A DNA stretch of 64,000 nt from Bacillota bacterium (GCA_028708605.1 JAQVYS010000003.1:2436-66435), one strand, 5' to 3'; positions 8,275-19,686 are shown, numbered from the stretch's first letter. Numbers and translations are program-made. Notes: generated by a model not told the origin, from the letters alone.

Positions 8275-9018
8275 CTAGAATTTAAAAAACCAAAAGCCTC
8301 TTTTTTTATACTCTCTAGGATCACCAGGCTCTAAATACTCTTTATTCAAGATAGTTTCTGGGTTAGTAGTAACTAGATCAAGAGCATTCTCGGTATACTT
8401 ACTTGCTTCGTCTACAGCTTCTTTTAATGAGTAGTAGCGGTTTTTATCCGAATGCATGTCACTAGCGATAAAATGGACCATATTATGCTCTAAAAGTATT
8501 TGGGCGGTTTTTTTGGACTCTTTACCGTATCTACCTAATATACTGCCTGCATTTATCTGAGTTAATACCCCGGCATGAATGATATCAATAAGAAGATTTG
8601 GGTCTGAAACAACTGAACCGTTCCTTTCGGGATGGGCAAAGATACATTCATAGCCTTTTGTTTGGAGTTCAAAAAAAATTTCGTCTACATATCCTGGGAG
8701 CTCAGCACGAGGAAATTCAATGAGTAAGTAATTACTATCACCTAAAGTAATTAGGTTTTCATCACTTTTTAAAACAGCATCATCTGCAAAGATCTCACTG
8801 CCTGGTATTAGTTCAATCTCAGCTTGGTTTAGAAGCGAAATTGCCTCCATAATTTCCTCTTTTCTGCCTTCGATTGGTGTAAGCATATGAGGAGTTGCAA
8901 CTATCGTTTTTACGCCGTCTTCAGCAGCTTTTTGCAGCATAAGGCGGCTCCTGTTAATATCTCTAGGGCCGTCGTCATTCCGTATATTATTAAGCACATG
9001 AGTGTGAATGTCGATCAA
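8275..9018 (-). CDS. PHP-family Mn-dependent protein-tyrosine phosphatase (CpsB/YwqE-like), orphan with no kinase partner in the window. TTG start.
   Basis: MIDIHTHVLNNIRNDDGP..., ATPHM, FAHPERNG and ASDMHS PHP motifs; RBS AAGGAG. Confidence 0.7.
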   Translation of the reverse strand: MIDIHTHVLNNIRNDDGPRDINRSRLMLQKAAEDGVKTIVATPHMLTPIEGRKEEIMEAISLLNQAEIELIPGSEIFADDAVLKSDENLITLGDSNYLLIEFPRAELPGYVDEIFFELQTKGYECIFAHPERNGSVVSDPNLLIDIIHAGVLTQINAGSILGRYGKESKKTAQILLEHNMVHFIASDMHSDKNRYYSLKEAVDEASKYTENALDLVTTNPETILNKEYLEPGDPREYKKRGFWFFKF

Positions 9019-9171
9019 TGGTTTTCACTCCTTTAAACCTTAAAACCTCAATTCCCTAGTAGTTTTCGAGTCAATTTGAGTGATATCCTGCAATTAAAAC
9101 CTTGGTTAGAATTACAAAGAGTTCTGACGGATAAACTAGGAAGGATAAATACCAAGGGAAGTGAGAAAGGT

Positions 9172-10134
9172 ATGGAAAGTCAGAAAAATTGGAGAACGGA
9201 CCTAGCTATCGACGTACAAGAGAAATTAACTGGAGCGGATAGTTTTGGAACCATCCCCGGTGTTAATAAAAGTGTTGAAGAGACCTCTGTTGGTGATGTG
9301 ATCCGTCTAGAAGTAACTAATATGCAAGCAGCCCAGATTATGCACAAGGCGCCAGGAACCTATGTCACTATTGAAGCTCCTTGTTTAGGTTTAAGGGAAA
9401 GGGATAAACAAAACCAGGTGGCAGAGCTTCTTGCAAGGGAGATCGAAAAATACCTTACCCCGCTGCAATTTGAAGCACCGATTTTGGTTATCGGTCTTGG
9501 TAACAGAAATGTTACTCCAGACTCTTTAGGACCTCTAGTAGCAGAAAAAATATTGGTTACAAGGCATCTTCGTGGTTTTGTTCCACCTGAGCTCAAGGGG
9601 CAGCTAAGACCCATTATGGCTTTAGCCCCAGGAGTTTTAGGCACTACCGGTATGGAGACGTTTGATATTGTTAAGGCTTTAGTGGAACAAAATAAGCCAC
9701 AGTTGGTACTGGCGATTGATGCACTTGCAACTAACTCTATTGAGCGTTTGGGGATTACAATTCAGATCTCTGATGCTGGAATTAATCCGGGAAGTGGTGT
9801 AGGCAACCACCGAGCAGCTTTAACATATGAGTCTTTAGGGGTGCCGGTAATAGCTGTAGGAGTACCGATGGTTGTAGATGCAATTACTCTTGTAGAAAAT
9901 GCCGTAGATTACATGGATGACAAAGGATATGACATGGGCAGAATAGGACAAAATGCTCTAAATAAACCTAAGATCGTCCGAGATATTCTCTCACGCTATT
10001 TTGGCAGCCTGTTTGTTACACCCAGACAGGTTGATGCTCTTGTGGCGGATATTGCACAGGTTGTAGCAGGCGGATTAAATGGAGCCTTCCATCATGGGAT
10101 AGGCCCAGATCAGTTAAGCACTTATTTAAACTGA
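9172..10134 (+). CDS. gpr: Germination protease (spore SASP endopeptidase)
   Basis: PILVIGLGNRNVTPDSLGP..., ISDAGINPGSGVGN and GVPVIAVGVPMVVDA align to B. subtilis Gpr; the RBS favours the ATG at 9172 over the listed TTG at 9076. Confidence 0.85.
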   Translation: MESQKNWRTDLAIDVQEKLTGADSFGTIPGVNKSVEETSVGDVIRLEVTNMQAAQIMHKAPGTYVTIEAPCLGLRERDKQNQVAELLAREIEKYLTPLQFEAPILVIGLGNRNVTPDSLGPLVAEKILVTRHLRGFVPPELKGQLRPIMALAPGVLGTTGMETFDIVKALVEQNKPQLVLAIDALATNSIERLGITIQISDAGINPGSGVGNHRAALTYESLGVPVIAVGVPMVVDAITLVENAVDYMDDKGYDMGRIGQNALNKPKIVRDILSRYFGSLFVTPRQVDALVADIAQVVAGGLNGAFHHGIGPDQLSTYLN

Positions 10135-10191
10135 CATATTCTTGCACTTATAGGCATATTACTGTCTAGTAGTATGCCTAGGAGTGAGTCT

Positions 10192-11379
10192 ATGACTAGA
10201 AGATCAGCATTATTAATCTGGCATATTCGTTACAAACGTCGGTTGCAGCGTCAGATTATGGAAATAGCTGCTTTATCGGCAGCTTTTCTTTTTTTAGGAT
10301 TAGCTCTGTCTCTAGCAGCCTATTTTTCTAACATGCTAGTTTTGGACACTCCCTTGCTACAGATGATTTTAGATTCTACCTTTCCTGGAATTAAAGAGAT
10401 GAATATCTCAATTGGCAGAGAAGAGGAACCACAACTTGGTCTTTTTGCAAGTCTGTTGTTTGTTTTTACAGAAGGGGGTTTTCTTTCGCCAAAGAGTATT
10501 GTAGCTGAGGCACTGCCGGCATTTAGTATGGCATCCTTAGAGGTTCCAACGCTTCCTGCTCATAATCTAGGGGAAGTTGCAAATGTGCCAAGCTCTAGAA
10601 ACACAGAAATTGAGAGTATAACAAGTCATGTAGCGCCTTTAGAACCTAAAATATATGATGTAGATGCTTTAGGGATAGGTTCATCTGGGGATTCTACCGT
10701 TAACGCCGATCAGGCTTTAATAACAAAGACGTCAAGATCAAATGTTGTTGATGTTATAATATATAATACGCATTCGTCTGAGGCATATCATGGAATGATT
10801 GGTGCGAATCATCAAAGTGATGCTTTAGACTATGCCTTCGGGCGCTGGAGAGACGATGCAGGTGTTATAGGGGTTGCTAGTGAATTAGAAAAACAGTTAA
10901 CGCAATTGGGAGTAAATGTGTATCGCATTAAAAAGATTCATGATGGCGAAGTATTTCGCTTGGCATACCTCTATAGCGAAGAATCAGTAAGAGAGGCGCT
11001 AAACCAGTATCAAACTGCAAAACTCGTAATAGATATCCACCGCGATGCTGCTCCAGATTCGCAACCTTTTAGGATTCCTGTACAAGGTCAGTATGCTGCC
11101 CAGGTCTCCTTGGTAGTTGCAACAGGGGAGCGAAGCAGCAGAAATTGGGACGTTAAGCTGACCCGTGAACTTGCAGCGAGATTGATCAGTATGATAAACA
11201 GCCGTTATCCTAGTCTTTGCCGTGGGGCGATATTTAAGACAGGGGCTTATAACCAGCATCTTCATCCCGGTTCTTTGTTAATTGAAGTCGGTAACGACTG
11301 TAATACCGATGCAGAGGCCCAATATACCGCAAGACTTATAGCACCGATACTTAGAGATTTTCTTTTGGAGGTGAGATAG
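10192..11379 (+). CDS. spoIIP: Stage II sporulation protein P (SpoIIP cell-wall amidase)
   Basis: N-terminal TM segment, IIYNTHSSEAY and C-terminal amidase-like region; synteny after gpr; RBS AGGAG 7 nt before the ATG at 10192. Confidence 0.8.
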   Translation: MTRRSALLIWHIRYKRRLQRQIMEIAALSAAFLFLGLALSLAAYFSNMLVLDTPLLQMILDSTFPGIKEMNISIGREEEPQLGLFASLLFVFTEGGFLSPKSIVAEALPAFSMASLEVPTLPAHNLGEVANVPSSRNTEIESITSHVAPLEPKIYDVDALGIGSSGDSTVNADQALITKTSRSNVVDVIIYNTHSSEAYHGMIGANHQSDALDYAFGRWRDDAGVIGVASELEKQLTQLGVNVYRIKKIHDGEVFRLAYLYSEESVREALNQYQTAKLVIDIHRDAAPDSQPFRIPVQGQYAAQVSLVVATGERSSRNWDVKLTRELAARLISMINSRYPSLCRGAIFKTGAYNQHLHPGSLLIEVGNDCNTDAEAQYTARLIAPILRDFLLEVR

Positions 11380-11805
11380 ATGTATTTTAGTAGTCATCTC
11401 TCCTGTGGCCTTTTACTTGGGGCACTGACAAAAAGTTCTGTAGGAGCATTTGGGCTAGGTTTAGTAAGCCATGCTGCCTTAGATATGGTTCCTCATCATG
11501 ACTATAGATCAGTGGGAGGAGCTGCAATTGACTTAGTAACCGGACTTACGATTTTATCGACAATTAGGACGCTCTTTGCAGATATCTCTGGTCCGCTTTT
11601 TTGGGGCGCAGTAGGAGCTACTATTCCAGATCTAGAGGTAGCACTTAGGCATGTTTTGCCAAGATATAACTTTAAGGCGTTGTTTCCGAGCCATAGCGGA
11701 GCGTTGCCCCATCCACAAAGGAAATTTCCGAGAGGAGTTTTTGTACAAGTAGTTTTAACAACTGTTTGTCTGTTTTTAACCTGTTATTTTGGAGTTGTGT
11801 GCTAA
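11380..11805 (+). CDS. Small polytopic membrane protein, possibly a DUF457/YdjM-like metal-dependent hydrolase
   Basis: 141 aa, SSHLSCGLLLG...HAALDMVPHHDY pattern; its start codon abuts the spoIIP stop. Confidence 0.5.
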   Translation: MYFSSHLSCGLLLGALTKSSVGAFGLGLVSHAALDMVPHHDYRSVGGAAIDLVTGLTILSTIRTLFADISGPLFWGAVGATIPDLEVALRHVLPRYNFKALFPSHSGALPHPQRKFPRGVFVQVVLTTVCLFLTCYFGVVC

Positions 11806-11845
11806 AATTCTCACCCATCGCGTAGAGTTACTTGGGTGATAGATA

Positions 11846-13186
11846 ATGAAAGTAGCGAGAAAGTCCCGTCTATATGGCAGTATTATGCTTTTTATCTTAC
11901 TGGCAAAGGTAACTATTGTATCAAGACCACTTACTCTCTATGTTCCAGACTCTCTGCATGAGGTAGGTAAAGCTGTGGCAAGGCAAAATGGACTGGTTCT
12001 TACTTCAGTTAGTGCAGCAGCAGACTTTTACTTAACACTTGAAGACGGCATAAAAATTGGAGAAGAGCCTCTAGTACTTTACGCAAATGATAAAAATGAA
12101 TCTATGATAGTACCGTACCTAGAAAAATCACCACTTTATCGGTCGATTCCAGTTAATGGGTGCCTGCCGCATGAAAGTGAGTATCCAAATAAGAGAGACA
12201 TTAACTTAGCAAAAAGAGAAGTATCTCTGTTTGAGAAAATTTGGCAAGGCAGTAGGACTTTACAAGTAGACAAGGCCTATCGGCATATTAGTTTTGAGTT
12301 AAAGCCAACTGTTGTGGCTTTAACAGGTGACATTATGTTAGGCAGAAGAGTTGGAGAAAAGATTCTAGATAAAGGGCCAGAGTATCCTTTTACGAAGGTA
12401 TATCAGAATCTGCAGAAAGCAGATATAAGCTTCGCTAATTTAGAAGCGCCGACCTGCGTTACAGGTGAGTTTATCAACCTCTTTCGTGCCCACCCTTCAG
12501 TGATTGATGGCTTGAAGATATCGGGAATCGATGTGGTTAGTCTTGCCAACAATCACATCTTAGATTACCATCAAGAAGGTATGTTTGAAACATGGGAGCA
12601 TCTAAACAAGGCTGGAATACTCCAGATTGGTACAGGAATGAATTTGACTGAGGCAACTAAGGGTGTAGTCTTTGATGTTAACGGTATAAGGATCGGCTTT
12701 CTGGCTTATACTGAAACTTGGTTTTTGTATTCCAGAAAAGGGATTAAATGGGTAGCAGATGAGTATCCTGGGGTTGCTCCAATTAACAAAGACTTAATCA
12801 TTTCTGATGTAAAAAGGTTAAAAAAAGACGATGTAGATATTGTTATCGTAAGTCTTCACTGGGGAATCGAATATTCCCAAACAACTACTAAAGAAGAAGA
12901 GGGTCTTGCCAAAGCGATCATCAATGCAGGTGGAGATGTAGTGTTTGGACACCATCCTCACGTTATTAAACCATGGGGATTTTATAAAGAAAAACCAGTC
13001 TTTTATAGTGTAGGTAATTTTATCTTTGATACGTTAAAGCCACCTCTGACAGAAAAAGGCTTACTAGTAGAGCTAGTTTATTTGGACGGACTTAGGGATG
13101 TTTATGTGACGATTACCAGACTAGAGGACTGTCAAGTGCAACTTACTAAGTTGCCCCCACCAAAACCTAATGCTATAATTAATTGA
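11846..13186 (+). CDS. CapA/PgsA-family (poly-gamma-glutamate capsule synthesis, metallophosphatase-like) protein with an about 150-aa N-terminal extension
   Basis: LTGDIMLGRRVGE, FANLEAP, VVSLANNHILDYHQEG and GIRIGFLAYTE motifs of the PGA_cap family. Confidence 0.65.
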   Translation: MKVARKSRLYGSIMLFILLAKVTIVSRPLTLYVPDSLHEVGKAVARQNGLVLTSVSAAADFYLTLEDGIKIGEEPLVLYANDKNESMIVPYLEKSPLYRSIPVNGCLPHESEYPNKRDINLAKREVSLFEKIWQGSRTLQVDKAYRHISFELKPTVVALTGDIMLGRRVGEKILDKGPEYPFTKVYQNLQKADISFANLEAPTCVTGEFINLFRAHPSVIDGLKISGIDVVSLANNHILDYHQEGMFETWEHLNKAGILQIGTGMNLTEATKGVVFDVNGIRIGFLAYTETWFLYSRKGIKWVADEYPGVAPINKDLIISDVKRLKKDDVDIVIVSLHWGIEYSQTTTKEEEGLAKAIINAGGDVVFGHHPHVIKPWGFYKEKPVFYSVGNFIFDTLKPPLTEKGLLVELVYLDGLRDVYVTITRLEDCQVQLTKLPPPKPNAIIN

Positions 13187-13233
13187 TTGACAAGGGTTAA
13201 GACCCAACTTAATTCAGGGGGTGCCGGAAGAAA

Positions 13234-15042
13234 GTGCAGGAAAGATCTCAGAACCAAATTCGTAATTTTTGTATAATCGCCCATATCGACCATGGCAAAT
13301 CTACACTAGCCGACAGGCTCCTGGAGATAACAAATACTGTTTCCCAAAGGGAGATGAAAGAGCAGCTTCTTGACTCTATGGAATTAGAACGAGAAAGAGG
13401 TATCACCATCAAAGCTAAAGCTATCAGAATGCACTACGAGGCAAATGATGGCAAAGTTTACCAGCTTAACTTGATTGATACCCCAGGCCATGTAGACTTC
13501 AGCTATGAGGTCTCTCGTTCTCTTGCTGCTTGTGAAGGAGCACTTTTAGTGGTCGATGCGACCCAAGGTATAGAAGCGCAGACTCTTGCAAACCTTTACC
13601 AAGCTTTAGAGCACGATCTAAAGATAATACCTATCATTAATAAGATTGATCTGCCAAGTGCCCAAGTAGACGAGGCAACTCAGGAAATTGACGAAGTACT
13701 AGGCAGTAGTGATGTGTATCCTGTAAGTGCTAAAACCGGTCAAGGAGTCAGCGTTGTTCTAGAGGCTATCGTAAAAGAAGTTCCACCACCTAAAGGTGAT
13801 ATGAACGCGCCATTTAGAGCGCTAATTTTTGACTCCTATTTTGACTCCTATAGAGGGGCGGTTGCAAATATTAGGGTTGTAGATGGTCATGTTAAAGTCG
13901 GGGATAGGATTTCGATGTTTTCTACAGGTAAGACCTTTGAGGTCACTGAGGTAGGTACGATGATACCAGCTCAAGTTTCCCTAGATAGTCTATCAAGCGG
14001 TGAAGTTGGTTATCTTGTAGCTTCTATGAGAGACGTTAAGGATACTAGCGTAGGAGATACAATAATAAATGCTGATAACCCCGCAAAAGATCCTCTTCCA
14101 GGGTATCGTAAAGCCAAACCTATGGTTTTTTGCGGGTTATATCCTGTTGATAATGACCAGTTCCCTGATCTTCGTACAGCCTTAGAGAAGCTCCAACTAA
14201 ACGACGCATCCTTAGTTTTTGAACCAGAGACTTCAGCAGCTCTTGGCTTTGGGTTTAGATGTGGATTTTTAGGGCTTTTGCATATGGATATTATCCAGGA
14301 GCGCCTTGAGAGAGAATATAATCTTAGTTTAATAATTACAGCTCCAAGTGTTATTTATGAAGTATTTACAACAAAAGATAGTGTGTTAGAGATTGATAAC
14401 CCATCAAAATTGCCTCCAACTCAGGAGATCCTTGAGATCCACGAACCGATGGTTAAGACTACAATTATCACACCAGATAATTATGTCGGAGCTATTATGC
14501 AGCTCTGCCAAGATCGACGGGGCACGTTTAAAAATATGGAGTATTTAAACCCAACAAGGGCGATGCTCACATATCATATGCCTCTTTCTGAGATCCTAAT
14601 GGACTTTTTTGATCGCTTAAAATCTTCTAGTCAAGGCTATGCTAGTTTAGATTATGAACTAACTAGCTATGAAAAAGCTGATTTAGTAAAATTAGATATT
14701 CTAATAAATGGTAAGCCTGTAGATGCATTATCTAGCATTATTCATCGTGATAAAGCAGCTTACTATGGTAGGTCACTAGCCAAAAAGCTCAAAGAGGTTA
14801 TTCCAGAGCAATTATTTGAAATACCAATCCAAGCTGCGATCGGTTCCAAGGTTATTGCTAGAGAAACTGTAAGAGCGCTTCGCAAGGATGTTCTTGCAAA
14901 ATGTTACGGTGGCGATATTTCTCGTAAAAGGAAACTGATTGAAAAGCAAAAAGAAGGTAAAAAACGCATGAAATCCATTGGTAATGTTGAGATACCACAA
15001 GAGGCTTTCATGGCAGTTTTGAAAGTTGATGACAATGATTAA
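13234..15042 (+). CDS. lepA: Elongation factor 4 (translational GTPase LepA)
   Basis: [23 protein letters not shown]1 motif, [13 protein letters not shown]; full-length EF4. GTG start. Confidence 0.9.
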   Translation: MQERSQNQIRNFCIIAHIDHGKSTLADRLLEITNTVSQREMKEQLLDSMELERERGITIKAKAIRMHYEANDGKVYQLNLIDTPGHVDFSYEVSRSLAACEGALLVVDATQGIEAQTLANLYQALEHDLKIIPIINKIDLPSAQVDEATQEIDEVLGSSDVYPVSAKTGQGVSVVLEAIVKEVPPPKGDMNAPFRALIFDSYFDSYRGAVANIRVVDGHVKVGDRISMFSTGKTFEVTEVGTMIPAQVSLDSLSSGEVGYLVASMRDVKDTSVGDTIINADNPAKDPLPGYRKAKPMVFCGLYPVDNDQFPDLRTALEKLQLNDASLVFEPETSAALGFGFRCGFLGLLHMDIIQERLEREYNLSLIITAPSVIYEVFTTKDSVLEIDNPSKLPPTQEILEIHEPMVKTTIITPDNYVGAIMQLCQDRRGTFKNMEYLNPTRAMLTYHMPLSEILMDFFDRLKSSSQGYASLDYELTSYEKADLVKLDILINGKPVDALSSIIHRDKAAYYGRSLAKKLKEVIPEQLFEIPIQAAIGSKVIARETVRALRKDVLAKCYGGDISRKRKLIEKQKEGKKRMKSIGNVEIPQEAFMAVLKVDDND

Positions 15043-16138
15043 ATCAGGTGTATATGTCCATATACCTTTTTGCTTGAAAAAATGTGCTTACTGCGATTTC
15101 TTATCTCACAGACCAAGGTCTCTTGAAGTTAATGAATATATGGAGGCTTTGGCGAAAGAGATTGAACGCTTTAAGGTAGAGGGACAGACATTGTTTATTG
15201 GTGGCGGTACTCCCTCGATAGTACCGCCTTCTTTAATGGAGAGGCTAATTAAAAAATTAGATAAACAATATGGACCTTTTTTAGAAGCTACCATCGAAGT
15301 GAACCCAGGTACAGTTGATTTAGACTATTTAAAAATGCTCTATGATCTTGGTATAGACCGGTTAAGTATTGGAGTACAAAGTTTTGATGATGATACTCTT
15401 AAGAAGATGGGACGCATTCACTCATCAAATGAAGCTCAAGAAGCGGTTTTAAAGGCCTGTGAAGTTGGATTTACAAATATTAGTATTGATCTAATCTATG
15501 GTTATCCACAGACTACAATTAAGACTCTAGAAGAAACCTTGAAGACAGCAATATCTCTTCCTATAAGTCATGTCTCCTTTTATGGTCTGCAGCTTGAAGA
15601 AGGTACAGAGCTAATGAAAGAAAGACCTCAGATGCTCTCTGACAAGGAGTATGTAGGGATGTATTACAGAGGTATGGAAGTTTTGGAGGCTAGTGGCTTT
15701 ATGCAATATGAGATCTCTAACTTCGCCAAGCCAGATTTTGAGTGTAAGCATAACCTAATATACTGGAAAAACCTAGAGTATCTAGGTTTAGGGGTAGGTG
15801 CAGTAAGCCGTCTTGGCAAAGTGCGCTACAAAAATATTGAGTCGGTTTTAACATATGTAAAAAGCATTGAAGATGGCGCAAGGACTCTTTTAGTAGAAGA
15901 ACAGCTTACAGCTCCTGTTATACTAAAAGAGAATATTATGCTTGGTCTAAGACTAAAAGAAGGCATAGGTCCGAATGAACTTGGTGGATTTAGTCTAGAT
16001 GACTTGTACCCAGAGGCTGTAGCCCTCTTAAGCGGAGCAGGGTATCTAGAGCAGTTTAATCAATTGGGCGTCAATCGTTATCGGTTAACAAAGAAAGCAC
16101 TACCTGTAATGAACTCAGTGCTAAGCTATTTTTTTTAA
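15035..16138 (+). CDS. hemW: Radical-SAM heme chaperone HemW (HemN-like, YqeR)
   Basis: [17 protein letters not shown] CxxxCxxC; position between lepA and hrcA as in B. subtilis; the start is ambiguous between 15026, 15029 and 15035. Confidence 0.8.
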   Translation: MIKSGVYVHIPFCLKKCAYCDFLSHRPRSLEVNEYMEALAKEIERFKVEGQTLFIGGGTPSIVPPSLMERLIKKLDKQYGPFLEATIEVNPGTVDLDYLKMLYDLGIDRLSIGVQSFDDDTLKKMGRIHSSNEAQEAVLKACEVGFTNISIDLIYGYPQTTIKTLEETLKTAISLPISHVSFYGLQLEEGTELMKERPQMLSDKEYVGMYYRGMEVLEASGFMQYEISNFAKPDFECKHNLIYWKNLEYLGLGVGAVSRLGKVRYKNIESVLTYVKSIEDGARTLLVEEQLTAPVILKENIMLGLRLKEGIGPNELGGFSLDDLYPEAVALLSGAGYLEQFNQLGVNRYRLTKKALPVMNSVLSYFF

Positions 16139-16161
16139 TTGAAAGTATAATTTTGTATATG

Positions 16162-16190
16162 TTGACAATGACTCCACCTAGTGGTATCTT
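16162..16190 (+). promoter_or_regulatory. Sigma-A promoter of the hrcA-grpE-dnaK-dnaJ operon (TTGACA-17-TGgTATCTT)
   Basis: Consensus -35 and extended -10 located 15 nt upstream of CIRCE. Confidence 0.55.
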
Positions 16191-16204
16191 TATTTATGAA
16201 AGTC

Positions 16205-16231
16205 TTAGCACTCGTCTCAAACGAGTGCTAA
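16205..16231 (+). promoter_or_regulatory. CIRCE operator (HrcA binding site)
   Basis: Perfect TTAGCACTC-N9-GAGTGCTAA inverted repeat. Confidence 0.92.
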
Positions 16232-16256
16232 AAGTTAAAAGAAAGGTGATGGCAGA

Positions 16257-17288
16257 ATGAATAACCTTAATGACCGTAAAAAATGCATACTAAGAGCTAT
16301 CACCGATGACTATATAGATACAGCTGAACCAGTCGGCTCAACAACAATAGCTAAAAAACATAAATTAGGCATTTCTTCGGCTACGATAAGAAATGAAATG
16401 GCAAGTCTTGAAGAAGATGGTTACCTTTACCAGCCACATACTTCAGCTGGAAGAATACCATCAGATAAGGGCTATCGCTATTATGTCGATGTGCTTTTAG
16501 AACTGCCGAGAGTCACTTCCGAAGATAACAAAAAGATTAGTCAGATCTCCGATTATAAAAAAGATGCAATTGAGAAAACCATCCGTAGATCAACAAAAAT
16601 CTTGGCTGAGCTAACAGAGTATATCTCTATTGCAGTAATTCCGGAGCATCGCAATGCAGTCTTTAGACACATTCAACTGGTGTCTTTAGATCTCCGCAAT
16701 ATTTTGGTTATTTTAGTTGTTGACCCAGGTGTCATCGAAAACAGAGTATTGTTTAGTCCTAGAGTGTTTTCTCCTATTGAATTAGATGAAATCTCCTCTT
16801 ATCTAAATCAAAGATTGCGGGGGAAAAAAGGCGAGGCTTTAACAAAGACGCTTTTAAATGAGTTAAGAAATAGCGTTCCTGAAGCAAGGGATCTTATTAG
16901 TTGTATTATCGATCTTGTTCAAGAGGTATTAACCGATAATGACGATGAAGTTTTAGTTGCAGACGGTCTTTTAAATCTTTTAGATCAGCCTGAGTTTCAA
17001 GATTTAGATAAAACTAAGCTAGTCCTTAGTATGTTTGAGGATCATGCAGCCCTTGCTAAGGTATTATTTGGTTTAACACAGACCTCAGGTGCGAAGGTTC
17101 GAATCGGAGAAGAAAACAAAAGCCCAGAGCTTAAAGAGTTTAGCTTAGTAACTGCGACATACTATCATAATGGCAATAATGTGGGAACAATAGGCGTATT
17201 GGGCCCAACACGTATGGCATATGGTAGAGCTATTAGTGTAGTTAACGAAGTAGCCTTGTCTCTAAGTGAACTTTTAGAATTATTTTAA
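16257..17288 (+). CDS. hrcA: Heat-inducible transcription repressor HrcA
   Basis: 343 aa, N-terminal wHTH (LRAITDDYIDTAEPVGSTTIA); CIRCE upstream; grpE downstream. Confidence 0.9.
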   Translation: MNNLNDRKKCILRAITDDYIDTAEPVGSTTIAKKHKLGISSATIRNEMASLEEDGYLYQPHTSAGRIPSDKGYRYYVDVLLELPRVTSEDNKKISQISDYKKDAIEKTIRRSTKILAELTEYISIAVIPEHRNAVFRHIQLVSLDLRNILVILVVDPGVIENRVLFSPRVFSPIELDEISSYLNQRLRGKKGEALTKTLLNELRNSVPEARDLISCIIDLVQEVLTDNDDEVLVADGLLNLLDQPEFQDLDKTKLVLSMFEDHAALAKVLFGLTQTSGAKVRIGEENKSPELKEFSLVTATYYHNGNNVGTIGVLGPTRMAYGRAISVVNEVALSLSELLELF

Positions 17289-17304
17289 AAAGGAGGTTTT
17301 GCTG

Positions 17305-17853
17305 GTGGATGAAGATATCAAAGTAACAAGTGATATAGACCAAGATACTGTAGGTAACCAAGATCCAAGCATAGAGGATCCGGCTAAACCAAGTAATGAT
17401 GGAACAGTTTTAAATGAGACAGATTTAGAGATCAAGGAAAAAATCACTGCACTTGAGGTGCAGATAAATGAGTCTGAAAACCGCTACTTAAGATTACAGG
17501 CTGATTTTACGAATTTCAGAAGAAGGGTCCAAAAGGAAAAAGAAGACCTTCTTTTAAGCGGGAACATGGAACTAGTTAAATCGTTGCTTCCAGTTATGGA
17601 TAGTTTGGAAAAAGCCGAGGAGCAGGGAGATGCAGGAACAGTTCAGATTTTCAAGCAATTTACTGACATTCTCTATAAAGAAGGCTTAGCAGCAGTTGAT
17701 GCGTTGGGTAAGCCCTTTGATCCTCACTTTCATCAAGCAATCGACCAAGTTGAGTGTGACAAAGAAAGTGGTATAATTGTTGACGAATTACGTAAAGGTT
17801 ATACTTTTAAAGGTGTATTGATCCGCCCTTCTGTGGTAAGGGTTGCAAAGTAG
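17305..17853 (+). CDS. grpE: Nucleotide exchange factor GrpE
   Basis: RLQADFTNFRRR and C-terminal GrpE fold; GTG at 17305 sits 8 nt after AGGAGG. Confidence 0.85.
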   Translation: MDEDIKVTSDIDQDTVGNQDPSIEDPAKPSNDGTVLNETDLEIKEKITALEVQINESENRYLRLQADFTNFRRRVQKEKEDLLLSGNMELVKSLLPVMDSLEKAEEQGDAGTVQIFKQFTDILYKEGLAAVDALGKPFDPHFHQAIDQVECDKESGIIVDELRKGYTFKGVLIRPSVVRVAK

Positions 17854-17865
17854 GAGGTAGAAAAA

Positions 17866-19668
17866 ATGGGAAAAATCATAGGAATTGACTTAGGAACTAC
17901 AAACTCAGTTGTTGCTGTCATAGAAGGTGGCGAACCAACGGTTATATCAAATACCGAGGGCAATCGTACAACACCATCTGTTGTAGCTTTTAAAGAAGAT
18001 GGCGAGATGTTAGTAGGTGAACTTGCTAAGAGGCAAGCTGTAGTAAATCCAGATCGTACGGTCAGCTCTATTAAACGAAACATGGGTTCAGATCATAAAG
18101 TGAAAATTGGTTCTAAAAATTATACTCCACAACAAATATCTGCATTTATATTAAGTAAGTTAAAAAAAGACGCAGAAGACTATCTAGGAGAAACAGTAAC
18201 TCAAGCGGTCATTACTGTTCCAGCCTATTTTAAAGACGCTCAGAGGCAGGCAACAAAAGATGCCGGGCGCATTGCAGGTCTTGAAGTTTTAAGAATTATC
18301 AATGAGCCAACTGCAGCTGCTATGGCCTACGGTCTTGATAAGTTAGAACAAAATGAAACGATCTTAGTTTATGACTTAGGCGGAGGTACCTTTGATGTTT
18401 CAATTCTTGAAATTGGTGATGGTGTATTCGAAGTAAAGGCAACTAGTGGTAATACTAAGCTAGGTGGCGATGATTTTGATAACCGCATCACAGACTTTTT
18501 AGTTAAAGAGTTCAAATCTAAAGAAGGCTTAGATCTTTCTAAAGATAAACAAGCAATGCAAAGATTAAAAGAAGCTGCTGAAAATGCGAAAAAGGAACTG
18601 TCTAATGTTGTCTCTACCAACATTAACCTTCCTTATGTCACTTTAACAAGTGATGGACCAAAGCATTTAGACATTACTTTATCTAGAGCTAAATTTGATG
18701 AGCTTACTAAGGATTTAGTTGAGGCAACTATTAAACCAACAAAGATTGCTATGGAAGATGCTGGACTGAAGCCTGCAGATATTGATAAAATACTACTTGT
18801 TGGCGGTTCTACTAGGATTCCAGCTGTTCAGGATGCAATTAAAAAATACTTTGGTAAAGAGCCACATAAGGGTATTAATCCAGATGAGTGTGTGTCGATC
18901 GGCGCAGCTATCCAAGCAGGTGTGCTTGGCGGCGAGGTTCACGATATTGTGCTTTTGGATGTAACCCCATTGTCTCTTGGAATTGAAGTAGAAGGTGGTT
19001 TGTTTAACAAAATTATTGATAGAAATACTACCATCCCTACGAAAAATTCCAGAATATATACAACTGCAACAGATAATCAATCAGCAGTAACCGTCAATGT
19101 TCTTCAAGGTGAAAGAACACTTGCAAAAGACAATATTAGCCTTGGGACATTTAACTTAGAAGGTATTCCACCTGCACGAAGAGGAGTACCTCAAATCGAA
19201 GTAACTTTTGATATTGATGCAAACGGGATTGTAAACGTTACAGCAAAAGATAAAGCTACAAACCGCGAAAACCGCATTACCGTTACAGGTTCTAAGACCT
19301 TGTCAGAGGCCGAGATCGAACGTATGATTAAAGAGGCTGAAGCTCACCAGGCTGAAGACGAGGCTAGAAAGAAGGATATCGAGACCAAAAATGAGGCGCA
19401 GACTCTGTTATATTCTGTAGACAAGACACTTGAGGATGTCAAAGATCAGATCTCAGATGATCAGAAGGCGCAGGTCGAAGAAGCCAAAAAAGAGCTAAAT
19501 GATGCTATAGAAGCTGATAATATTGAAGACATTAAGACCAAGAAAGAAGCCTTAGAAAAGATTCTCTATGATATCAGCTCAGAGATCTACGCTAAAAAGC
19601 AAGAAAATCAAGACGCAAACCAAGCCGACAATCAAGGTGAAGGTGAAGACCAAATCGATATTGAATAG
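17866..19668 (+). CDS. dnaK: Chaperone DnaK (Hsp70)
   Basis: [18 protein letters not shown] and [11 protein letters not shown] signatures; 600 aa. Confidence 0.95.
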   Translation: MGKIIGIDLGTTNSVVAVIEGGEPTVISNTEGNRTTPSVVAFKEDGEMLVGELAKRQAVVNPDRTVSSIKRNMGSDHKVKIGSKNYTPQQISAFILSKLKKDAEDYLGETVTQAVITVPAYFKDAQRQATKDAGRIAGLEVLRIINEPTAAAMAYGLDKLEQNETILVYDLGGGTFDVSILEIGDGVFEVKATSGNTKLGGDDFDNRITDFLVKEFKSKEGLDLSKDKQAMQRLKEAAENAKKELSNVVSTNINLPYVTLTSDGPKHLDITLSRAKFDELTKDLVEATIKPTKIAMEDAGLKPADIDKILLVGGSTRIPAVQDAIKKYFGKEPHKGINPDECVSIGAAIQAGVLGGEVHDIVLLDVTPLSLGIEVEGGLFNKIIDRNTTIPTKNSRIYTTATDNQSAVTVNVLQGERTLAKDNISLGTFNLEGIPPARRGVPQIEVTFDIDANGIVNVTAKDKATNRENRITVTGSKTLSEAEIERMIKEAEAHQAEDEARKKDIETKNEAQTLLYSVDKTLEDVKDQISDDQKAQVEEAKKELNDAIEADNIEDIKTKKEALEKILYDISSEIYAKKQENQDANQADNQGEGEDQIDIE

Positions 19669-19686
19669 ATATTTTTGGGGCGGTTA

